From Eubacteriales bacterium (lineage in GTDB: Bacteria > Bacillota > Clostridia > Oscillospirales > QAKW01), in the NCBI GenBank assembly GCA_045539335.1, contig JAZQFD010000038.1, positions 40 to 64,039 of the forward strand: a stretch of 64,000 nucleotides of DNA, written 5' to 3'. Positions 1-9,988 of this stretch are shown piece after piece; within the stretch, counting starts at the first letter, position 1; each line of letters starts with the position of its first letter. Below the pieces are notes generated by a model that ran no database searches, was not told the origin of the DNA, and worked only from the letters and a program-made list of their open reading frames with translations. Position numbers and translations under genes: made by a program.

Positions 1-239
1 GTGTTAGATTTTTGTCATTGCATTTAAACGAAAAATCTGTGTCTCAAAACTGCCTTTGGCACCTTAAAATGGCGCAGTTTGGATGCAAGTCAAGGCGAAA
101 GGCGCAGGCATCCTGACGGATGGCAAGCATTTTTAACGCAGAATTGCGCCGAAATGCACCGTTTTAAGGCGAATATTCCCTAACTGAGGGTGCCCAATGT
201 GCCTCTTTTTTGTTCTGCGCCATTTTCAGCGGGTTATTC

Positions 240-1805
240 TTATTCAATAGCGCCGGCCTTTACAGCCTCAAAATCTTCTTCGATCTCTTTGGAGGGGGCC
301 TTGGTCAGCAAGGATACCACAACAATGCAGATGGAGGAGAAGATAAAGGCGGGAAGCAACTCATAGATGGCAAGCACACCGCCAAGGGGAGCGATCACCA
401 GCTTCCAGAAGAAGACCATAGCGGCACCGCCCACCATACCGACGATAGCACCGGCACGAGTGGTGCGCTTCCAGAAGAGGGAGAAGAGCATCAAGGGGCC
501 AAAGGTGGCACCAAAGCCTGCCCATGCAAAGGACACGATCTCGAAGATCACACTCTTTTCATCCAAAGCCAGCACAATACCGATCAACGCCAGTACCAAA
601 AGGGTGATGCGAGTCACCCACATGACTTGCTTTTCGGTGGCATTCTTTTTGCAAACACCATGGTATACATTCTTTGCCAGAGCGGAAGCAGCAATCAAAA
701 GATAAGAGTCGGAGGAGCTGATGGTGGCAGCCAGAATGCCGGCCATCACAAAGCCTGCCAGAATGGGAGGCAAGAAGCTTTGAGACATGGTGATGAAGAT
801 ACTCTCAGCAGCCGATTTGGTAAGATGCTCCACAGGGAACAAAGCACGGCCCACAATACCGATAAAGACGGCAACAGCCAGAGAAATGCAGACCCAGATC
901 ATAGCGATACGACGGGAACGCTTCAATTCCTCTTCCTTCCGGATGGCCATAAAGCGCAGGAGTACCTGAGGCATACCAAAATAACCCAGTCCCCACGCCA
1001 TCATGGAGCAAACGGAAAGAATTCCATAGGGAGCGGCAGCACCGAATTGAGGTACACCGTCTACCACCTGCTGAACACCTTCGGCATCCAAAGCGGGGGT
1101 GGCAAGGCCAAAGAATTCAAAGAAGCCATCAATGCTCTTGGCATTTTCCATCACTGCACCAAAGCCGCCGGCATGAACCACACCCAGCACTACAATAATG
1201 GTCAGAGCAACGATCATCACAATGGCCTGCATAAAGTCTGATGCGCTCTCAGCCAAGAAGCCGCCCAGAATGGTATACAGCAACACAAATGCAGCACCCA
1301 AGATCATCATCAGCTTATAATCCAGACCAAAGAGGGTGGAAAACAATTTGCCGCAGGTCACAAAGCAGCTTGCTGCATAAACGGTAAAGAAGATCAAGAT
1401 AAAGGCTGCGGACAAGATCATGATAATCTTATTTTTCTCACGGAAACGATTGGAGAAAAACTCCGGCAGAGTAATAGAGTTATTGGCTCTTACGCTATAG
1501 CGACGAAGTCTTTTGGAAACGATCAGCCAGTTCACATAAGTACCCACTGCCAGACCCAAGGCCGTCCAAAACGCATCAGCCAGACCACACCAATAGGCAA
1601 CACCGGGCAGACCCATCAAAAGCCAGCCGCTCATATCCGAGGCCTCGGCACTCATTGCGGTAACCCATGGGCCCAGGGAACGACCGCCTAAAAAATATTC
1701 TTCGGAACTCTTATTGGCACGCTTTGCATAAAGCACACCGATCAGAATGACCGCCGCCATATAGATGACCATAGCGATCAGGGTTTGCAATTCTTTGCTT
1801 CCCAT
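240..1805 (-). CDS. putP: Sodium:solute symporter family protein, PutP-like sodium/proline symporter
   Basis: 521-aa polytopic membrane ORF. N-terminal block YFLGGRSLGPWVTAMSAEASDMSGWLLMGLPG is typical of SSS/PutP. AAGGAGGG RBS lies 7 nt upstream of the ATG. Confidence 0.85.
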   Translation of the reverse strand: MGSKELQTLIAMVIYMAAVILIGVLYAKRANKSSEEYFLGGRSLGPWVTAMSAEASDMSGWLLMGLPGVAYWCGLADAFWTALGLAVGTYVNWLIVSKRLRRYSVRANNSITLPEFFSNRFREKNKIIMILSAAFILIFFTVYAASCFVTCGKLFSTLFGLDYKLMMILGAAFVLLYTILGGFLAESASDFMQAIVMIVALTIIVVLGVVHAGGFGAVMENAKSIDGFFEFFGLATPALDAEGVQQVVDGVPQFGAAAPYGILSVCSMMAWGLGYFGMPQVLLRFMAIRKEEELKRSRRIAMIWVCISLAVAVFIGIVGRALFPVEHLTKSAAESIFITMSQSFLPPILAGFVMAGILAATISSSDSYLLIAASALAKNVYHGVCKKNATEKQVMWVTRITLLVLALIGIVLALDEKSVIFEIVSFAWAGFGATFGPLMLFSLFWKRTTRAGAIVGMVGGAAMVFFWKLVIAPLGGVLAIYELLPAFIFSSICIVVVSLLTKAPSKEIEEDFEAVKAGAIE

Positions 1806-1840
1806 ATCCGATTCCCTCCTTCATTTATAAAATAATATGT

Positions 1841-1869
1841 ATTATATCAAATTTCTTGTCACATTGCAA
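1841..1869 (-). promoter_or_regulatory. Sigma-70-type promoter for putP (TTGCAA-17 nt-TATAAT on minus strand)
   Basis: Read directly: -10 TATAAT is plus 1841-1846 and -35 TTGCAA is plus 1864-1869, with an exact 17-nt spacer about 35 nt upstream of the putP start. Confidence 0.55.
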
Positions 1870-1925
1870 GTATTTTAACGCAGCAGAGGAAAAAAGGTCC
1901 TGTAAAAATCGGGTTTGGATACTAC

Positions 1926-1966
1926 TATAAATAAAAGATGCCGAAAGCCAAAGGGCTTTCGGCATC
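1926..1966 (-). terminator. Rho-independent terminator after the 2286-aa exoprotein gene
   Basis: 13-bp perfect stem GATGCCGAAAGCC/GGCTTTCGGCATC (1937-1949 / 1954-1966), followed on the minus strand by TTTTATTTAT. Confidence 0.8.
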
Positions 1967-1982
1967 TTGGTTTTATTGGGAA

Positions 1983-4900
1983 TTAACCGAGAACGGCATT
2001 CAGAACCTCTGCAGAGCAGGGAACCATGTCTCTCATGTACTCGATTACATAAGGAGTGATCAGCTCATAACCATTGGCATTGGCATGAGTACCATCCTTG
2101 GTATTCTTCTCATAGATGGTTCCGATATCGCTCATGTTGAGTGCATTATTCAGGTCCTCATTATTGTAGAGATCCAGGTAAGCAATGCCCCACTTCTCGC
2201 AGACCTCTTCGGCAGCTGCGTACATTTGAGCATGCTTGGTGGTATCTGCCTTCAGCTTATAGGTGCTCATGAAGCCGATGGCCGCATTGTCACCATAAAG
2301 CTTGATGGCCTTATAGATGGTGTACTCCAACGCACCGGTGAAGGTGGATTGATCGAAGGTAGCGGGATCGAAGGAATCGGTAATGGTTCCGATACCGGAG
2401 ATCTTGCTTGCATCGTTGGTACCACCCTGCAGCAGTACATACTGATAATCATTAGCCGTGTACTTATCCAGCAGCTTATGAATGGAATCATACTTATCGG
2501 TGGTTGCATTACAGAAGTACCATCCGCTGGTACCGGCGTTGGTAGCGGCCAAACCGGTATCACGCTGCACACGCAGAGCCCAACCGCCGGGCTGAGTCTG
2601 AGTTGCCATGGTGTCATGGCTATAGAGACCATGGTTGATGGAGTCGCCTGCGAAGAGGCCGGCTTTGTTGAACAAAGCATCTGCTACTGCAGCATTGGAA
2701 ATGCCGGTCTGAGCAGTATAGTCTGCCACACCAAAGACCTTATTCTTCATCACCAGATACTTGCCGATCATGGAGGCAGGAACGTTCACACGAACGGACT
2801 CAACGCCGGCAGGAACCTTATAAGAATAAACCTTCAGACCCTTGGCGAAGGATTCGCCCTCCGTCATATTAACGGCGTTGATCAGTTCAACAGCCTTGCC
2901 GGAAGCATCAAAGGCATAGCCCAAAACAACCTGTGCGGTAGATGCAGGACCGATGGTGAGGACATCGCCTTCGGTTACATTAATCGCATGAGTCAGATTG
3001 TAGGAAACAGAGGAGGTGATAGCACCCTTCCAATCGACGGTTTCGGAGGTATGATCCAAAACGCCATCATAGAGGTTGATACCATCCTGCTTGCTCCAGT
3101 AAGCATAATAATCTTCAGTGGTCATCTTCTGACCCAAGGAGATCAGGAAGCGATCTGCATAGTTTGCAGAAGCATTCACCATAACGGTACCGGCCTCGGG
3201 AGCGGTATAAGAATAGATCTTATAGTTGCCGCCGAAGGAGGAAACCTCGGTCACACCTGCCACGCCAATGGTATCAGCGCCGGAGGTGGCACCGGTGAAG
3301 ACCAGCATATCAGCCTGAGATGCAGCGGTGGGACCAAACCATACGGTCTCGCCTGCCTTCACCGAGAAGGCAACGCCTGCATTCTGCAGATGGCTGGTGG
3401 AATTCTTAGAGCCAACAGGCTTCAGAATGGAACCGGGATGAGCCAGATGCCAGAGGATCATCTGAGCATCCACAACGGTGAGACCGGCCTTACCATCCAG
3501 TTCGCCGGCGGCGGGCTGGGTCATGGTGGGAGTGGCCAAACCAACGGTATCCTGCATAACCAGAACGGCATCGTCAGACAATACGCTGTTGGACTTGTTC
3601 ACATCGCCCCACAGGAAGTCATCGCCTTCTACAACGATGGCGCACTTGCCGTCGGCATAAGCGGTCACATTCTTGTTCTCATCGATAACATCCATGGTAG
3701 AGATGGTAACAGCATCGGGATAATTACCAAAGCCTACCGTGTCTTTCACCTTCAGGGTCAGCACGAATGCAGCATCATTGGCAGTCACCACGGTGGGATT
3801 GGCAACGATAACCTTAAAGGGTGCAATGGGAGCGGCGGCGCCGGTATTGTAGCCCATGAAGTAACGGAACAGGCCGGTGCCCTCTACATCGATGACAGAG
3901 AACTTATCAAAATCAAGATTTACATTGAAGGTAGCACCCTTCAGACCGGGATTGTTATCAAAGCCAACTTCAACCTTTACAAAGTCGCCGGGCTTCGCAA
4001 CACCCACAGGATTCACAGTGATATTACCCAGCACCATGGCAACCACGGTGGTATCCTCGGTAAAAATCACATTGGTAATATCGCCCTTCACATCCCAATA
4101 ACCATTCAAAATGGTGGTATCGGGCTGATAGAGATTACCGTTGATATCGGTATAACCGGTGGCAACAGCATTTCCATCCTTCTCGAAGGTAATGGTATGC
4201 TTCTCCTGCTTGCCGGCCAAAACCAGAGCGGGATATCCGGTCTTACCATTCATATTCCACTTAGCGGTAGCATCCACCAAAGCGGTGTTCATGGCATCCA
4301 CGGAGGTATAACCATTATTGCCATAGGTCTTTGCATTGGTAACGGCAACGGTTCCGTTGAACAAAGCGGCCATCTTATTGTTGCCGGTGAAGACATTGGA
4401 TGCGGTAACGGTGCCGGTTCCCAAGGTGGCAACGGCGGCAACGGCATTGCCCAGAGCGCCGAACACGCCAACATTATTGATCACAACAGCAGCATCGCCT
4501 GCATTGCCGATCAGCAAACCGGTGGTGGCATTGGCATTTACGGTGTAATCCACGGCTTCACTGTTCTTCACGGTAAGCTTACCGGTTGCGGTGCCCACCA
4601 AAGCAGCAACACCGGTGGAATTCAGAACAGAAATACCATCAATGGTAACATCGCCGGCAGTAGCATTCACCAAAACGGCGGCATCTGCTACTTGGGCATT
4701 CTCGAAGTTTACATTCTTCAGAGAAGCACCGGCATAATTCATAAAGAAGGAATGATCTGCAACAAAGTTTGCTACAGTATGGCCCAAACCATCAAAGGAA
4801 GCAACCATATCCTGGATGCCGGCAAAGTTCACGCCGGAGAGATTGATATCGGCATTGAGGTAAACCGTCTGCTCAGCAGGCAGGTACATTCCCAATACGG

Positions 4901-7900
4901 CCAGATACTCCAGATCGTCGCCATTATTAATGGTGTAGCCGGGAGCATCCTCATAGAGGAATGCCTCACCGATAGCGGGTAACTTGGTAACATCCTTCAC
5001 ATATACCATCAAATCGGCCAGAGCCTTGGCATCTGCATCAACAGCAGCCTGGGTGGTATATTCGGCATTCATAACCTTTTCCACCAAAGCATCAATGGCT
5101 TCGGCATTTTCAAAGTGAGCGCTATCCTTCAAAAGGAAGTAGAAGAGATTTTCCGTCAGCTCGGTGTAATCCAAGGGATTGACGGTTGCGGTCATGTTGA
5201 TCACTCGGGTGTAGTCTGCATCTGTTACAGGCTTCACGGTCAGTACATCACCGGACAGGCTTGCCAGATCCTTGCTATCGTCCTTCAGGACATAGCCGCT
5301 GACAAAGAGAATATCCAATACGGTCTCGGCATTGCCGGCCACATAGAGATACTCGGTGGTTCCATCATTCAGAGCCACAGCAACCTTGCGAAGCTGAACA
5401 GCCTTTTGCTCATCCAAGGTATTGGGATCGGTATTGTCGGCCAGAGCCAACAGACCGTCTTTCATGGTGAACCAGTTGCGCTCCACCAGATCGGTGCGCA
5501 CATAATTCTGGTTGATCAAATATCCAACCTCACCGGTATAATAGGCATCCTCTTCCAGGATCTTACCGGCAAAGGCAGCATCTTTGCTCATCAGCTTATC
5601 GCCAACGCCGTAAACATTCTTAAGACCATTGGCTGCGCCGCCCTTTTCATAGCCACCGACTACATAGCCGGACATGCCATAGGTGCAAAGGAGAGTACCG
5701 GCACCGAAGCTATTGTAAACAGTTGCTTCACCGTTCACCAGATCGGAAACCAGATCGCCGCCGAAGATGGTGCCCACATTATAGCAGGAATCCAATACAG
5801 CACCGGCATCGGCATAACCAACCAAACCAGCCACAGGGTTCTCATAAGCAGGGGCTTTGAGAGAAACAACCGAAACATCTGCAGCATTCCAAGCCTGCAG
5901 AACTTTTGCACTGGGACCGGCATGACCAATCAAGGCAGCAACGCCATAATCATCCAGATCCACATTATAGAATACATTTACTGCACCGCTGGCCACGCCC
6001 ACATCACGAACGGTGCCCAGCAAAACACTGATCATACCAACAGGAGCGCCATTGGTGGTAACAGCAAGATTCAAATTCTCAAAAGCATGACCATGACCAT
6101 TGAGGGTACCCTCTAAAATGGGCAGCGGCATAATCTCGGCATACTCCAAATCGATGCTGTCCACCAAGTGGAGGGTGATACCGGCGAAGGTTTCATCGTC
6201 ACGACCTTCATTGATCGCCTCAAACCAGTCATCCTTGGTGCCGATGGCATAATCGGTGGTTTTGCCGAACTGCTCATACAGATCACGCTGAGAATAAGGA
6301 ACGTAATTCGGATAAGTATTGACCAACTGCAGGTCCAGATTGTTGGCCAGCTTCACCAAATCCAAAATTTCATCATTGATGATGGCAAGATCGGCGCTGG
6401 GCTGGCCTTCCAGAGGACCATAGCTATCCACAAGGTCTTTTGCATCGGCAATCGCTACCTTAGCGGGATCGCTGTCCACAAAGAGATCCAGGTCATATTT
6501 TTGCAGTTTTTCGGAAACATTATTTACGGGGAGAAGATTTACTACCGTATTATTATATTGGACAACCACTTCCTTACCGGGCATCACAAAGGTATTGGTT
6601 TCATCGGTACCGGCAGGCAAGGTGGAACGATCCATCACAAACCCTTCATAATCGGGGGCGGTTACTTTAGAACCGGGAACATAGTAGATACTGCTCAGTT
6701 CTGCAGCTTCCTCGCCTCTGATTGCCATAATGGTGCGGAAAGGAGCAGGAACCTGAGAAGCAGTACCGGGAGCCACATGACCATCCTTGGTCAAGGTGTA
6801 AGTACCCTTGCCCATTTGGGTCAGCAGGTAAGCAAACTCACCACTGCCGGAAACCTTAACCATACTATTGGCCAAGGCCAGGTCCATATTCGCATTGAGG
6901 ACGCTGGGTTTTTCGGTAGCTGCATACATCACATTGGTGATGCGCTCCATGGCAACTGCGGCGGTGCCACGAACATAGCCCACCGGGCCGGCCTTGAAGG
7001 TAGAGCCGTCTGCCATCACAACATTGGCATCGCACCAGCTATCGCTGATGTTGAATGCGGGCATCTGAGCGTTACCGATCAGACCGCCGACGGTGGATTT
7101 TTCAACCGTCTCATTGACGCTGTTCATGTAGTAAACCGTACCGGAAACCGTACAGTTCATAACGGTGGCAGAGCCATAAGCTGCACCGACCAGCAGGCCG
7201 ACGCTGACATCACGCTTGCCCTCTTCACGGGTGGAGTAATCGTTGATATCATGCCAACGGGTTACTTTTGCACCCACCAGATTGATGTTGCGAACGGTGC
7301 CGCCGTTGATCTGGCCGACCAAGCCGGAGTTACCAACGTCACCGTTGTTGGGAGAATAAACATTCCAGTTATAAATTGTGTGGCCGTTACCTTCCAGCAC
7401 CACGTTGGCAAAACCATAGTTCTGCGAGGTTTGGTTACTGGTACCGCCCAAGGGGAAGCAGTAGGGAACGCCATTTGCATCACGAGGGATATTGGGCAAG
7501 GTGACATCCTTCATGTCGATATCGGCTGTGATATCAACCTTGGTGATATCATAGTCACTACCGGGGTTGTTCCAGCCCTGCCAGATCAGACCCAGAAGGT
7601 ACAGATCGTCAGCACTGTCAACGGTGACGGTGCCAACATTGATATAACCGCCGTTGTAGGAAGGCAGGAAGCGAGCATATACATCGCTGGCGCCCATCCA
7701 TGCAGCGCTGTCGCCATTGATGTTGGCGGAGGTATGAGGCAAACGACGAACGGCAACCTCTCCGTTCTTGGAGTAGGTCAGCACAGGATAATCATATCCG
7801 TCCACATTGGCGTAAGCCACAGTATAACCGTCTACTGCACCCAGCGTGTTAACATCGGTATCGGCAGTTGCGCCTGCATTCAGTTCAGCAGCCACCGTAC

Positions 7901-8843
7901 CGTCGGCAAATGCCATGGGAGCACGGGCACGATCGGTGTTGTAGTGGTCATAACCGAGAGTGTTGCGATAGAAGCTGTTGGCAGTGCCGGCAGTTTCCAC
8001 ATCTGCAGCAGACTGAGTAGACACACGATAGAGTGCGGTATAGAGATAACCGGTTGCACCGGCATTGTAGTAAGAATAGCGCAGGTCACCGGCATTATAA
8101 CTGTTCTTAAACTCGATGGTCGCATCGGCTTTACCTGCCATACCTGCGGCAAAGTAGATACCGCTGCAGACCAGACCTAAGTTATAGCAGTTATAGAACT
8201 TACAGCCTGCACCGGTGCTTCCTGAAATACTGGAAGCACAACCGCTGGAACGGCTACCGCCGATGGTGGTGGAAGCAACCCAGCAGTTGATGAACGAAGT
8301 ATTGGCGGAGTAACCGCTGATGGCAGCAGCAAAGAAACCACCGGCTACCAGACCGCTGGCGATACCCACGTTCTTAAAGGTGGCTCCGCTACTGTTGCCA
8401 AACAGACCGGAGGATTGAACGCCATAGACAAACAGATTGGTGATGACAAAGCCATTTCCGTCGAAAGTGCCGGAGAAGGTGCTCTTCGTCTTCACGCTGA
8501 CAATGCCGATCCCTTCAAAGGGAGCGGTGCCCATGTCGATATCGGCCATCTGATAGAAGGTGTAGCCCGCAAAGGTTTTAGCCTCAAAGTTTACAAGATC
8601 AGCCAGCTTATTCATACCGGCACGGTCGGTGATCTTGTAGGCCTTGGCATCGTCTAACAGGCCGTTCTTGATATCCGGCAATGCGGACGCATCATACAGA
8701 CCGGTCTCCGACACGATCTCGCCGTTAACCACATCCGTCGTGGCTGCGCCGGCAGGCAGCGCAAAGCAAGTCAGCAGAGAGACCAGCATCATGAGCGCAC
8801 ACAACGCGGATAATGCACGAGTCTTCTTTTTGGTGAACATCAT
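1983..8843 (-). CDS. Giant secreted multidomain protein: four beta-helix (GLUG-like) modules, cohesin-like module, dockerin-like module, C-terminal SGNH/GDSL hydrolase
   Basis: 2286-aa ORF with signal peptide MMFTKKKTRALSALCALMMLVSLLTCFALPAGA. Four copies of F/L-x-G-x-F/L-D/N-G-x-G-F/H-x-I/V/F-x-N occur at about aa 123, 478, 910 and 1346. See the sub-features for the C-terminal modules. GGAGGA RBS is present. Confidence 0.85.
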   Translation of the reverse strand: MMFTKKKTRALSALCALMMLVSLLTCFALPAGAATTDVVNGEIVSETGLYDASALPDIKNGLLDDAKAYKITDRAGMNKLADLVNFEAKTFAGYTFYQMADIDMGTAPFEGIGIVSVKTKSTFSGTFDGNGFVITNLFVYGVQSSGLFGNSSGATFKNVGIASGLVAGGFFAAAISGYSANTSFINCWVASTTIGGSRSSGCASSISGSTGAGCKFYNCYNLGLVCSGIYFAAGMAGKADATIEFKNSYNAGDLRYSYYNAGATGYLYTALYRVSTQSAADVETAGTANSFYRNTLGYDHYNTDRARAPMAFADGTVAAELNAGATADTDVNTLGAVDGYTVAYANVDGYDYPVLTYSKNGEVAVRRLPHTSANINGDSAAWMGASDVYARFLPSYNGGYINVGTVTVDSADDLYLLGLIWQGWNNPGSDYDITKVDITADIDMKDVTLPNIPRDANGVPYCFPLGGTSNQTSQNYGFANVVLEGNGHTIYNWNVYSPNNGDVGNSGLVGQINGGTVRNINLVGAKVTRWHDINDYSTREEGKRDVSVGLLVGAAYGSATVMNCTVSGTVYYMNSVNETVEKSTVGGLIGNAQMPAFNISDSWCDANVVMADGSTFKAGPVGYVRGTAAVAMERITNVMYAATEKPSVLNANMDLALANSMVKVSGSGEFAYLLTQMGKGTYTLTKDGHVAPGTASQVPAPFRTIMAIRGEEAAELSSIYYVPGSKVTAPDYEGFVMDRSTLPAGTDETNTFVMPGKEVVVQYNNTVVNLLPVNNVSEKLQKYDLDLFVDSDPAKVAIADAKDLVDSYGPLEGQPSADLAIINDEILDLVKLANNLDLQLVNTYPNYVPYSQRDLYEQFGKTTDYAIGTKDDWFEAINEGRDDETFAGITLHLVDSIDLEYAEIMPLPILEGTLNGHGHAFENLNLAVTTNGAPVGMISVLLGTVRDVGVASGAVNVFYNVDLDDYGVAALIGHAGPSAKVLQAWNAADVSVVSLKAPAYENPVAGLVGYADAGAVLDSCYNVGTIFGGDLVSDLVNGEATVYNSFGAGTLLCTYGMSGYVVGGYEKGGAANGLKNVYGVGDKLMSKDAAFAGKILEEDAYYTGEVGYLINQNYVRTDLVERNWFTMKDGLLALADNTDPNTLDEQKAVQLRKVAVALNDGTTEYLYVAGNAETVLDILFVSGYVLKDDSKDLASLSGDVLTVKPVTDADYTRVINMTATVNPLDYTELTENLFYFLLKDSAHFENAEAIDALVEKVMNAEYTTQAAVDADAKALADLMVYVKDVTKLPAIGEAFLYEDAPGYTINNGDDLEYLAVLGMYLPAEQTVYLNADINLSGVNFAGIQDMVASFDGLGHTVANFVADHSFFMNYAGASLKNVNFENAQVADAAVLVNATAGDVTIDGISVLNSTGVAALVGTATGKLTVKNSEAVDYTVNANATTGLLIGNAGDAAVVINNVGVFGALGNAVAAVATLGTGTVTASNVFTGNNKMAALFNGTVAVTNAKTYGNNGYTSVDAMNTALVDATAKWNMNGKTGYPALVLAGKQEKHTITFEKDGNAVATGYTDINGNLYQPDTTILNGYWDVKGDITNVIFTEDTTVVAMVLGNITVNPVGVAKPGDFVKVEVGFDNNPGLKGATFNVNLDFDKFSVIDVEGTGLFRYFMGYNTGAAAPIAPFKVIVANPTVVTANDAAFVLTLKVKDTVGFGNYPDAVTISTMDVIDENKNVTAYADGKCAIVVEGDDFLWGDVNKSNSVLSDDAVLVMQDTVGLATPTMTQPAAGELDGKAGLTVVDAQMILWHLAHPGSILKPVGSKNSTSHLQNAGVAFSVKAGETVWFGPTAASQADMLVFTGATSGADTIGVAGVTEVSSFGGNYKIYSYTAPEAGTVMVNASANYADRFLISLGQKMTTEDYYAYWSKQDGINLYDGVLDHTSETVDWKGAITSSVSYNLTHAINVTEGDVLTIGPASTAQVVLGYAFDASGKAVELINAVNMTEGESFAKGLKVYSYKVPAGVESVRVNVPASMIGKYLVMKNKVFGVADYTAQTGISNAAVADALFNKAGLFAGDSINHGLYSHDTMATQTQPGGWALRVQRDTGLAATNAGTSGWYFCNATTDKYDSIHKLLDKYTANDYQYVLLQGGTNDASKISGIGTITDSFDPATFDQSTFTGALEYTIYKAIKLYGDNAAIGFMSTYKLKADTTKHAQMYAAAEEVCEKWGIAYLDLYNNEDLNNALNMSDIGTIYEKNTKDGTHANANGYELITPYVIEYMRDMVPCSAEVLNAVLG
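1986..2666 (-). other. SGNH/GDSL hydrolase domain of the giant protein (aa ~2060-2286)
   Basis: Ordered blocks are FAGDSINHG (block I Ser), LLQGGTNDA (block III) and DGTHANANGY (block V Asp-x-x-His). Confidence 0.7.
3438..3614 (-). other. Dockerin-like module of the giant protein (aa ~1744-1802)
   Basis: Two Ca-loop/helix segments, GDVNKSNSVLSDDAVLVMQ and GELDGKAGLTVVDAQMILWHL. The reading frame was checked against the DNA at 3600-3602 (Val1748). Confidence 0.55.
3618..4028 (-). other. Cohesin-like module of the giant protein (aa ~1606-1742)
   Basis: ITVNPVGVAKPGDFVKVEVGFDNNPGLKGATFNVNLDFDKFSVIDVEG... fits the cohesin N-terminal strand pattern (v.v..v.a.pGd.v.v.v......l.g..f.l.yD...l). Confidence 0.55.
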
Positions 8844-8932
8844 ACAGTTCCTCCTTCAATAGGGTTTTATAACTGGAGCGTTTACCTCGAAATTTATGAT
8901 AAAAATCGATATAGACGCTATTATATAGATAT

Positions 8933-8941
8933 ATTATAGCA
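8933..8941 (-). promoter_or_regulatory. Possible extended -10 element (TGcTATAAT) upstream of the giant gene
   Basis: Minus-strand TGCTATAAT sits about 90 nt upstream of the start codon in an AT-rich spacer. The -35 is weak (TTTCAA). Confidence 0.35.
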
Positions 8942-9010
8942 CACCGCTTTTTACATTGAAACTATCTTATGTTGTTTTTTTTGCACGATATGTGAAATAT
9001 TTCGATTTTT

Positions 9011-9988
9011 TCATTTAAAGCAAAAAGAGGTGACGGAGCGGAAGGGTTCCCCTGCCTTCAGGGTTGCAGAGGGGAACTGAGGCTGATTGGGAGAGTCGGG
9101 ATAGAATTGAGTTTCCAAGCAAAACCCATGACGCTTTTCATAAACCGGCTCCAAAAAGTTGCCCGAATAGAGCTGTACGCCGGGCAGATCAGTCCAGCAT
9201 TCCATTTTGATGCCGGTGGCGGGAGAGACGGCCTCTGCCGCCTTGCGGAAGCCGGTGCCTCGCACCGCAAAGGTATGGTCATAACCGCCGCCAATGAGCA
9301 GCTGCTCCTCTTTTTGGTCAATTTCTGCTCCGATCGCCTTGGGCGTATTAAAATCAAAGGGAGTGCCGGCCACAGGGCGCAGCTGCCCCAAGGGGATCAG
9401 CACATCATTTACCGGCACAAAGGCATCGGCTTCGATGGCGAGAAGATGGTTTTCCACCGAGCCGTTTCCCACACCGTTGAGATTAAAATAACTATGATTG
9501 GTGGGATTAAAGACGGTATCCCGATCCGAGCAGGCTTCATAAGTAATGGAAAGGGTGTTGTGTTCCACCCCAAAGGTCACCGAGACCTCCAGCCTTCCGG
9601 GATAGCCCTCTTCTCCGTCTGCCAAGGTATGGCAAAGGCGCAATCGGTTTTCCTGCAGGTCGGCTATCGCCCACATTTTATGGCTGAGCCCCACCTTTCC
9701 CCCATGAAGATGCCCTCGGCCTTTTTCATTACAACCCACATCATAAAGAGTGCCGTTTAAAACGAACCGACCGCCGTTAATGCGATTGGCATAGCGGCCC
9801 ACGGTGGCACCTAAATATCCACTCTTCGTCTGATAATCCTCCAAGGTGGGATGCCCCAATGCAACCTCTATGCCTTTATAGCGCACCGCTTGAACGGTGG
9901 CACCGTATGTAAGAACAGAAACTTCCAGATCGCCGTTGGTAATGGTGATTTTTTCAGCTGTGCCGAAGGGTTCTTTTCGAATACTCAT
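9011..9988 (-). CDS. galM: Aldose 1-epimerase (galactose mutarotase)
   Basis: Mutarotase-like sequence ([20 protein letters not shown]..., GRYANRI, HLHGG, NHSYFNL). The ATG at 9988 overlaps the ung stop (ATGA) and has a TGGAG RBS. The ORF-track start at 10000 is a TTG extension. Confidence 0.85.
   Translation of the reverse strand: MSIRKEPFGTAEKITITNGDLEVSVLTYGATVQAVRYKGIEVALGHPTLEDYQTKSGYLGATVGRYANRINGGRFVLNGTLYDVGCNEKGRGHLHGGKVGLSHKMWAIADLQENRLRLCHTLADGEEGYPGRLEVSVTFGVEHNTLSITYEACSDRDTVFNPTNHSYFNLNGVGNGSVENHLLAIEADAFVPVNDVLIPLGQLRPVAGTPFDFNTPKAIGAEIDQKEEQLLIGGGYDHTFAVRGTGFRKAAEAVSPATGIKMECWTDLPGVQLYSGNFLEPVYEKRHGFCLETQFYPDSPNQPQFPSATLKAGEPFRSVTSFCFK

Noticed and set aside
1938-8180. Very long plus-strand ORFs (1938-4982 of 1014 aa, 5115-6116, 6168-8180 of 670 aa) antisense to the 2286-aa gene.
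   Set aside because: They have Gly/Ile/His-rich, low-complexity translations with no signal, no RBS and no recognisable motifs. They mirror the codon-biased minus-strand gene, which has a signal peptide, RBS, terminator and multiple domain signatures. These are typical stop-poor antisense frames.
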